37,329 bases of DNA, taken from UHGV virus genome UHGV-0230703, one strand, 5' to 3'. The first letter of the stretch is position 1. Every line of letters begins with the position of its first letter. The position numbers were made by a program, and so were the translations under genes. The DNA is from a virus. The notes below the pieces were generated by a model. It was not told where the DNA came from, searched no databases, and saw only the letters and a program-made list of their open reading frames with translations. This document shows positions 31,979 to 37,329 of the stretch, one piece after another.

Positions 31979-32248
31979 TTACACCTGCTCAAGTTCATTA
32001 AGATGTTTTTGCAAGCCTTTAACACAATCAACAAATAATAATTTGGTATATGCTAAATTTCTTAATTGCGTTCCATCGATATAGAGTGCGAAATAGTATC
32101 TAAGTTTACTCCAACTCGAACGATCATTCTTAATTCCTTCAATTCCAGCTTCTTCGAGTTGATCATATACGTCTCTCAGAATTTCTATTTCCTCACCAGT
32201 TTTATACTTTGCTATTTCATTAATTAGTTCTAGATAATCGATCTTCAA
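31979..32248 (-). CDS. hypothetical 89-aa protein
   Basis: ORF. Confidence 0.6.
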   Translation of the reverse strand: MKIDYLELINEIAKYKTGEEIEILRDVYDQLEEAGIEGIKNDRSSWSKLRYYFALYIDGTQLRNLAYTKLLFVDCVKGLQKHLNELEQV

Positions 32249-32259
32249 TTTTCCACCTC

Positions 32260-33006
32260 TTAGAATGGTGCTTTTGATTGTCTATTAGCTCGTTCTAGCG
32301 CTTTTTTCTTAAGATAGGCTTCTTGGTCGATTGCCCATTCAGGAAGCTTCTCTCGTCTTCCTGTGCGCTTGTATCCACTGCTTGCGTTCTTAGGTTCACT
32401 TTTTTCTTTCCTTGCCCAACTTCGAATAGTTGCCAAATAGTTTTTATAAGTCTTACCAGATGATTCACAATACTCAGATAGCCGTTCTATTCGCTCTTGG
32501 TAATCATTAGGGAATTCTGTTTTGAGTTTCTCCATCTGCTCATCTGACAAAAGAACATTTTTATACTCTCCGTATTTATGACGGATGGGCTTAGCCTTCG
32601 ATTTTTTCGAAGGCGGTAACTCTCTTATATATTCTTTTGTATTATTAAATGTATTATTAATAGATGTATTATTATCTTGATAGATTTCTTGGTGACCCCT
32701 CACCAAATTTTCTTGGCGACCCCCACCAAGAATTCTTATATACCTAGCCTCGATTTCTTTACTACCCTCTTTGTACTTAACTTCTCTATAGATATAGCCC
32801 TTTTCTTCAAGTGACTTTAGCCAATTCTGAATGGTTGGTTTGCTTACTTTATATTGATTGGCAAAGTACTCATTGCTAGCCCAGCAATAACCTTTCTCAT
32901 TACATAGAGCTGTGATTTCTCCATAAAGAAGTTTTGCACTAGGTATCAAAGAATCGTCATATCTAACATTTGCAGGTATGATGGCGTAATAACTTCTGTG
33001 ATCCAC
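32260..33006 (-). CDS. replisome organiser / DnaD-like replication initiation protein
   Basis: N-terminal winged-helix (AIIPANVRYDDSLIPSAKLLYGEITALCNEKGYCWASNEYFANQY), C-terminal YKNYLATIRSWARKE DnaD-like segment; ori-like repeats in the linker. Confidence 0.75.
   Translation of the reverse strand: MDHRSYYAIIPANVRYDDSLIPSAKLLYGEITALCNEKGYCWASNEYFANQYKVSKPTIQNWLKSLEEKGYIYREVKYKEGSKEIEARYIRILGGGRQENLVRGHQEIYQDNNTSINNTFNNTKEYIRELPPSKKSKAKPIRHKYGEYKNVLLSDEQMEKLKTEFPNDYQERIERLSEYCESSGKTYKNYLATIRSWARKEKSEPKNASSGYKRTGRREKLPEWAIDQEAYLKKKALERANRQSKAPF
32638..32730. repeat. candidate origin of replication inside the replication gene: TGTATTATTA x3 iterons plus two copies of a palindromic TCTTGGTGACCCCTCACCAA-like unit
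   Basis: iterons at about 32638, 32650, 32665; TTGGTGA-cccc-TCACCAA perfect palindrome and TTGGCGACCCCCACCAAG. Confidence 0.55.
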
Positions 33007-33009
33007 TTT

Positions 33010-33696
33010 TTATCCTCCGATTCTTAATTTCTTGATTGTCTCCTGATTTAACTTGATCCCTTTGATTTGATACTTATTTTTGAAATTGATCACACCTATC
33101 TTGTGCTTCTCTGTGTGATGGATTCTGCAGAGTGCTGCAAATGTGTACTCTGAATGATTAACTTCTTTGCGCTTTCGTCTTCCCAGCGCTTTGTCAAAGT
33201 GATCGATATCAGCTCCTGTTTTGCCACAGATGCAACAGACTCTTTTTGTAATGCATTTGTAGAAGTAATATTCTTGATTCGCTGGTAAAATCTCATAACC
33301 TTCTTTGAAAGGAATATGGTGTTCAAAGATGAAATCTAAGATGATATTTGCTAAGACGTTAGCATCACTCACAGTCGTATTCGATTCATCTTTGAGGCTT
33401 ATTTTGCGCCCTGTGACACCTTCAAAACGGAAGTAGAAGAATTCCTTCCAGAAGTCCGTTGGCATGCCTGTATCGATGAAAATATCGCCTATGAGCGCAT
33501 AGATGAAGTTTCGTTGCTGTGCGGTGAACCGACGTGGATCAATAAAACGAATTTCAATGATTCGATCGCCATCATAGCCGTCATACATCGTTTTCAGCCG
33601 TTCGATATTTACTTCTTCGTTGATTGTTGCACCAATGTCGTTACCTTTAAATTTCTTTAGTACCGCCGAGTATGAATCTATTAGTGGTTTAAACAC
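33010..33696 (-). CDS. protein with C-terminal HNH-nuclease-like motif
   Basis: CCICGK...DIDH...N...LCRIHHTEKH. Confidence 0.65.
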   Translation of the reverse strand: MFKPLIDSYSAVLKKFKGNDIGATINEEVNIERLKTMYDGYDGDRIIEIRFIDPRRFTAQQRNFIYALIGDIFIDTGMPTDFWKEFFYFRFEGVTGRKISLKDESNTTVSDANVLANIILDFIFEHHIPFKEGYEILPANQEYYFYKCITKRVCCICGKTGADIDHFDKALGRRKRKEVNHSEYTFAALCRIHHTEKHKIGVINFKNKYQIKGIKLNQETIKKLRIGG

Positions 33697-33701
33697 TCAT
33701 A

Positions 33702-34448
33702 TCACTTCTCTTTTGTTTCTTCTCTGTACTGATCTTCAAGCCAATTAACGCCTCGTTTTAGAATGCCCAAGTCTCTCTTGGTCCATTTACTGTCATCAGC
33801 GGTTATAGAAGCCGCATCAGTCAATGCAACAATTGCTTCATCAATTGATTTTTCGTACTTGTTAGCAACCAGTTGTAAAGCATCCAAGAATAGCTTTTTG
33901 CTTCTTTGAGTAGCTGGTTCAAGCATCGAGACATCTTCTGGCATATCTTCGCCAGCAAATATATATAGCCCTAGCCCAAACATTGCTAGATTTTTTACAA
34001 GACAGCGCATGATCGTTTTGTTGATATCAAACATAGTTGCTGCTTCAACTCGCTTTTCGATTTTTCCAACAATCTCTTTTTTCTTCGTTTCGTTATTCCA
34101 CTGATAATCATTGACTTCGTAGGTATATGGCTCATCTTTCATTGCCTTGTTTGCACCATCCATGACTGGTAACCACATGTCACGCTTTACTCCGTTGACT
34201 GTGATACTGGTAAAAACCATATAGCCTGTTTTTTCATCAAAGAGGTATGGACGATGCGTTTCTGGATCACGATAGATTTCATAATCTACTGCCTCACACA
34301 CTTTGCTAACTTCTGCCCAAGCCCATGCCCACGAAAGATAAGTGAGGTTATTTCGTTTTTCAGTAACACCTTTCACATTTATTTTGTATAAGCTATTAAA
34401 AAGCGTATTATCACTTCTATTTTTCAAAGGTTGTTCCTTTTCACTCAT
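33702..34448 (-). CDS. sak: Sak-type single-strand annealing protein (RAD52-like, DUF1071)
   Basis: LTYLSWAWAWAEVSK signature; start trimmed to ATG 34448 (RBS GGAGG, 9-nt spacer). Confidence 0.8.
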   Translation of the reverse strand: MSEKEQPLKNRSDNTLFNSLYKINVKGVTEKRNNLTYLSWAWAWAEVSKVCEAVDYEIYRDPETHRPYLFDEKTGYMVFTSITVNGVKRDMWLPVMDGANKAMKDEPYTYEVNDYQWNNETKKKEIVGKIEKRVEAATMFDINKTIMRCLVKNLAMFGLGLYIFAGEDMPEDVSMLEPATQRSKKLFLDALQLVANKYEKSIDEAIVALTDAASITADDSKWTKRDLGILKRGVNWLEDQYREETKEK

Positions 34449-34782
34449 CAAATTCTGCCTCCATTTCAGCGATGTATTTTTTGCCTTGTCCGTAATAAGA
34501 GATATCAATCAAGTTATCCCTTTCGTACTCTTCGAGCGCATCAATCAAGCCATCTTCGGCGACATAAATATATTCAGGTTTATTCGAATGTTTCGATAGA
34601 TGGATAAGGTAAACATGATCCCAAATACTCACAAAGTTTCCCAAGTCATCTTGATCACATGCTAGTTCTTCATTTGTCAAAAGATTTCGTCTGATTTTTC
34701 GGTTGTTTGTTTCCTTACTATTCGATTTGCCCCAATCAGGATCGGCCAAATATTGATCTAGAGTGGAAAGTTCATTTTCCAT
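34441..34782 (-). CDS. hypothetical acidic 113-aa protein upstream of sak
   Basis: ORF; stop overlaps the sak start. Confidence 0.6.
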   Translation of the reverse strand: MENELSTLDQYLADPDWGKSNSKETNNRKIRRNLLTNEELACDQDDLGNFVSIWDHVYLIHLSKHSNKPEYIYVAEDGLIDALEEYERDNLIDISYYGQGKKYIAEMEAEFDE

Positions 34783-34840
34783 ATGTTAAAATCTCCTTAG
34801 TTATGATTTTTTGAGTGACTCATTGCTTTGGTCGGCGGAG

Positions 34841-34969
34841 TCACTTTTTTATTTGTTGCCATGCTTTTTTCTTTTCGATATGTTGCTTGCTTAAAATAAT
34901 AGAACGGCTATTTGCCCACCAATTATCAGCAATCACTTTACCGATTTTTAGCGCTTCTTCTCGTGCCAT
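34841..34969 (-). CDS. 42-aa small ORF with RBS GAAAGGAG
   Basis: MAREEALKIGKVIADNWWANSRSIILSKQHIEKKKAWQQIKK. Confidence 0.3.
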   Translation of the reverse strand: MAREEALKIGKVIADNWWANSRSIILSKQHIEKKKAWQQIKK

Positions 34970-35111
34970 AGTTGCTCCTTTCTTTTGAATCAAGCAGATT
35001 GATTAAAACCATCAATGCTGCGAACAAACTTCCCCCGATAATACTTTGGTGTGCTACTATCACTAATAGCCCTAGGATGAATCCTATAAAAAGTGTGTCT
35101 GTCTTCTTCAT
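34938..35111 (-). CDS. 57-aa two-TM small membrane protein (below track cutoff), ATGA-coupled to the upstream gene
   Basis: MKKTDTLFIGFILGLLVIVAHQSIIGGSLFAALMVLINLLDSKERSNYGTRRSAKNR. Confidence 0.4.
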   Translation of the reverse strand: MKKTDTLFIGFILGLLVIVAHQSIIGGSLFAALMVLINLLDSKERSNYGTRRSAKNR

Positions 35112-35296
35112 AATCTAATCTCCCTATTTTTTATTTCTAGCATTCTCAAATCCTCAAGTTCAGAAGCGATTAGTTCAGCTTGTCTATCTGGTAGCTCATC
35201 GGCTTTTCTAAGCGCTTCACGATCATCTTGTAATTGTTTCCTGCGTTGTTTAATTAAACGGAGAGTTTGATGTTCTTGTTGCAATGTGTAGGACAT
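35108..35296 (-). CDS. hypothetical 62-aa coiled-coil protein
   Basis: RBS AAAGGAGAA. Confidence 0.55.
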   Translation of the reverse strand: MSYTLQQEHQTLRLIKQRRKQLQDDREALRKADELPDRQAELIASELEDLRMLEIKNREIRL

Positions 35297-35316
35297 AAAC
35301 TCATTCTCCTTTGCCT

Positions 35317-35601
35317 TTAGAACTCAAAGTTTTCTTTCAAAAATCTTTGGAGCTCCGATCGTTCAATTCTGATGTCTAACTTACTCCACTGCTGTGTTTT
35401 TAAGCCTAGGTTTATCCAATGTGTTAATTTGTCATCACCAATGCCTAAAACTTTTTTTACCTCTGATTTGTTTGGATATGGAGGAAGCTCCACTGATTTG
35501 TTCATAAGGCGCAATCGTTCGTCCAACGAATTAAGCACAGCATTCGTAATCTGTGTAGTTAATTCTGAAACTACTAAATTATCTGGAATTGTTATTTGCA
35601 T
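35317..35601 (-). CDS. excisionase-like / MerR-type HTH DNA-binding protein
   Basis: KSEVKKVLGIGDDKLTHWINLGL...IRIERSELQRFLKE pattern; strong RBS AAAGGAG. Confidence 0.5.
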   Translation of the reverse strand: MQITIPDNLVVSELTTQITNAVLNSLDERLRLMNKSVELPPYPNKSEVKKVLGIGDDKLTHWINLGLKTQQWSKLDIRIERSELQRFLKENFEF

Positions 35602-35791
35602 AATTTTTCTCCTTTTCTAATTCTGCTAGCACTGCCTCAATTGGCTTGATTTGTTTATCTGGCTTTCTACGTCCATTCATAATATCCGACATGTAAGCTG
35701 TTGAAATATCAAGCTGTTCAGCTAACCAAGCTTGACTCTTGTCATGCGTAGCTAACGCCACACGTACTTTTAAAATGAAGTCCTGCGACAT
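35579..35791 (-). CDS. Cro-like XRE-family HTH regulator (70 aa)
   Basis: HTH: SQAWLAEQLDISTAYMSDIMNGRRKP. Confidence 0.8.
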   Translation of the reverse strand: MSQDFILKVRVALATHDKSQAWLAEQLDISTAYMSDIMNGRRKPDKQIKPIEAVLAELEKEKNYANNNSR

Positions 35792-35803
35792 AACTAACTC
35801 CTC

Positions 35804-36514
35804 CTAAACATCCATTCTTGTTTGTCTTAATTCGAATTTCGTTACACTAGATGGTTCCCAACTATTAATAAAGTCCATCACCTTTTCGTAGTGTTTGGCT
35901 CTCAGTTGAGTCCGTGCTCCTACACCTGAAATCTTTTTGACTCCACTGTTTATATCTTTGAAAAGTAATCCAATAGTTTTACGATTTGAGCGATTAATTG
36001 AGTAGGCATCCGCTACTTCGTACACTCTTTTATTAATTCGAGAAGAAATAATGCTGTATTCACCTTGTGGTAACGGCTGATTTTCTTTTAAATCGAAAAC
36101 TTCTTGTTCAATGACATCCACTCGTTGATTAGTTTCCTCACTTGCTTCTAAAGCTAGTAGTGCCAATCCTCTTTTTGTAGTTGGAATGGATACTGATTTC
36201 TCTTTTATTGTTTTTTCCATTTCATTGAATGCGTTTATATACTGCAATTTAAATTGCAATGCTTTCTTTCCAGTAAATCCCATAGCAAGCAATGTAAATC
36301 CATCACGATTCATAATTATTTGACGATATTTTTGTTTGTTTTGGGGATGAATATAAGTATCTTCGTAAAATAGGTCTGCATAATTTTGTGCCACCCCTTC
36401 TTTCAGCTCATCGATGGCTTTTAGAACAACTTTATGTTCTTTCCCGAACACCTCCGCTACTTGCAAACTAGTCGTTACTGCTTGTTGATCTTTCATAATT
36501 ACTAAGTTTGTCAT
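35804..36514 (-). CDS. Rha-family phage regulatory protein / antirepressor, first gene of the leftward lytic operon
   Basis: N-terminal Rha domain (LVIMKDQQAVTTSLQVAEVFGKEHKVVLKAI); RBS GGGAGAG. Confidence 0.75.
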   Translation of the reverse strand: MTNLVIMKDQQAVTTSLQVAEVFGKEHKVVLKAIDELKEGVAQNYADLFYEDTYIHPQNKQKYRQIIMNRDGFTLLAMGFTGKKALQFKLQYINAFNEMEKTIKEKSVSIPTTKRGLALLALEASEETNQRVDVIEQEVFDLKENQPLPQGEYSIISSRINKRVYEVADAYSINRSNRKTIGLLFKDINSGVKKISGVGARTQLRAKHYEKVMDFINSWEPSSVTKFELRQTRMDV

Positions 36515-36541
36515 ATGTGTATCTCTCCCTTGTTAAATTCT

Positions 36542-36564
36542 GTAAGCTAATAAAATTAGCTAAT
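36542..36564. promoter_or_regulatory. operator-like site GTAAGCTAAT-aaaa-TTAGCTAAT
   Basis: inverted partner with the same GTAAGCTAAT half at 36699..36721. Confidence 0.45.
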
Positions 36565-36568
36565 TTTG

Positions 36569-36597
36569 TTGACACTTTCTACAAAGTTTTGTAGAAT
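36569..36597 (+). promoter_or_regulatory. rightward consensus promoter TTGACA-17-TAGAAT with palindrome CTACAAAgtTTTGTAG (36579..36594) in the spacer
   Basis: seen directly; points toward cI about 215 bp away. Confidence 0.5.
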
Positions 36598-36698
36598 AAG
36601 TGCATAGTTAAATAAGCGCAGAATTACCCTATAAATTAACATTCTAAGTTTCCCGACCTCGAATTTGTTTACTTTATTAGGTGTCTTTCTTATTGCTT

Positions 36699-36721
36699 GT
36701 TAGCTTATTAAATTAGCTTAC
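36699..36721. promoter_or_regulatory. operator-like site (minus strand GTAAGCTAAT-ttaa-TAAGCTAAC)
   Basis: inverted copy of site 36542..36564. Confidence 0.45.
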
Positions 36722-36727
36722 GAACAT

Positions 36728-36756
36728 ATATTATTATAAAGTTTTGTAGATGTCAA
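36728..36756 (-). promoter_or_regulatory. leftward consensus promoter TTGACA-17-TAATAT with TTTGTAGA / TCTACAAA half-sites around it
   Basis: minus strand; faces the rightward promoter, so the transcripts would overlap by about 150 nt. Confidence 0.5.
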
Positions 36757-36812
36757 CGATTATCTACAAAGTTTTTAAGATATGTTTTAGGCATGATCGG
36801 AGAATCATTATT

Positions 36813-37160
36813 ATGACAACATTTGAGAGAGTAAAAATGTTAGCAGATAAACGCAAAATATCTATTGTCGAATTGGAAGAAAAACTTAATTTTAGTAAAA
36901 ATTCACTTTACGCGTGGAAAAAAAGTAAGCCATCCATTGATAAACTAAATGCAGTTGCTGACTATTTTAATGTCTCAACTGATTATTTGTTAGGACGCAC
37001 AGATGATCCCGACATAGGAGTTGCACCAGAGGAAAGAAAACTAACCGTGGAAGAAGCTTTAGCATCTGTTATGAGTAGCGACGGAAAACCGCTCACCGAT
37101 AATGATAGGGAAATACTATCAGCTATGATTGAAGCATATTTAGAGAAAAAAGATAACTAA
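36813..37160 (+). CDS. XRE-family lysogeny repressor (ImmR/CI-like) without an S24 autopeptidase domain
   Basis: start trimmed to ATG 36813 (RBS GGAGAA); HTH ISIVELEEKLNFSKNSLYAWKKSK; followed by immA. Confidence 0.85.
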   Translation: MTTFERVKMLADKRKISIVELEEKLNFSKNSLYAWKKSKPSIDKLNAVADYFNVSTDYLLGRTDDPDIGVAPEERKLTVEEALASVMSSDGKPLTDNDREILSAMIEAYLEKKDN

Positions 37161-37177
37161 ATAAGTAGGTGAGTCAG

Positions 37178-37329
37178 TTGGACAATCAAATTGAAATGAT
37201 AATTAATGAACTCGGCGTTAAGGTGGAAGAAAAAGAACATCTTGACGCAGATGGTCATTATATCGCATGTATGAATACCATAGTAATAAAAGCTAATTTA
37301 TCTAAGTATAGAAGACAAAGAACCTTATT
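37178..37329 (+). CDS. immA: ImmA/IrrE-family metallopeptidase, N-terminal part (TTG start, RBS AGGTGA; runs off the window end and resumes at nt 1)
   Basis: MDNQIEMIINELGVKVEEKEHLDADGHYIACMNTIVIKANLSKYRRQRTL then in-frame junction to LHELGH at 1..17. Confidence 0.8.
   Translation, partial: MDNQIEMIINELGVKVEEKEHLDADGHYIACMNTIVIKANLSKYRRQRTL

Noticed and set aside
28051-32728. GACCCCCAC / GACCCCTCAC 9-10-mers recurring at 28051 and within the ori repeats (32695..32728)
   Set aside because: Only two or three occurrences, so this could be chance in a 37-kb genome; it is noted inside the ori and late-region findings but not claimed as a separate element.

Overview
The 37.3-kb window reads as one complete temperate siphovirus-type phage genome from an AT-rich Firmicutes host (Lactobacillales/Enterococcus-like; host is inference only). 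It is a closed circle. The last ORF (ImmA-type metallopeptidase, 37178..37329) runs off the 3' end and continues in frame at nt 1..262, rebuilding an L-HELGH zinc-peptidase motif exactly across the junction. Almost all genes are on the minus strand, read right to left. First comes an ImmR/ImmA-type lysogeny switch (XRE repressor and immA on plus; Rha antirepressor and Cro-like HTH on minus) with face-to-face consensus promoters and CTACAAAG/TTTTGTAG operators. Next are early and replication genes: Sak single-strand annealing protein, an HNH protein, a DnaD-like replisome organiser with an internal iteron/palindrome ori candidate, YopX, and tandem HTH paralogs each preceded by a translationally coupled small ORF. 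Then the ArpU late regulator followed by a 345-bp gene-free region. The late genes are terS/terL, portal, Mu-F-like minor head protein, scaffold, and HK97-fold MCP with a -1 frameshift Ig-like extension; scaffold and MCP both carry L27-like NLQFF(A) N-termini. The tail genes follow: connector and tail proteins, gpG/gpGT chaperone pair with the lambda-identical GGGAAAG slip site, a 940-aa tape measure, Dit, a 965-aa Tal with lysozyme and NlpC/P60 domains, a separate CHAP peptidase, a modular tail-fibre set sharing N- and C-terminal motifs, XkdW/XkdX-like proteins, holin and amidase endolysin. Between the lysis cassette and the plus-strand integrase lies a ~4.5-kb accessory (moron) island. It holds a 12-TM GT-C-like membrane protein, a cold-shock protein, a tRNA-like gene (anticodon CAT) set among unusual long-stem/large-loop hairpins, and a two-gene cassette (Zn-ribbon/PH-like/SHOCT protein plus 100-aa protein) in which the 100-aa gene has its own consensus promoter. 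The cassette sits next to an attP candidate with four AGTATGGTCA arm-type repeats. Several genes below the ORF-track size cutoff were found by hand: XkdX-like, FtsK-gamma-like wHTH, and small coupled ORFs. Hand-derived coordinates for small elements may be off by a base or two.
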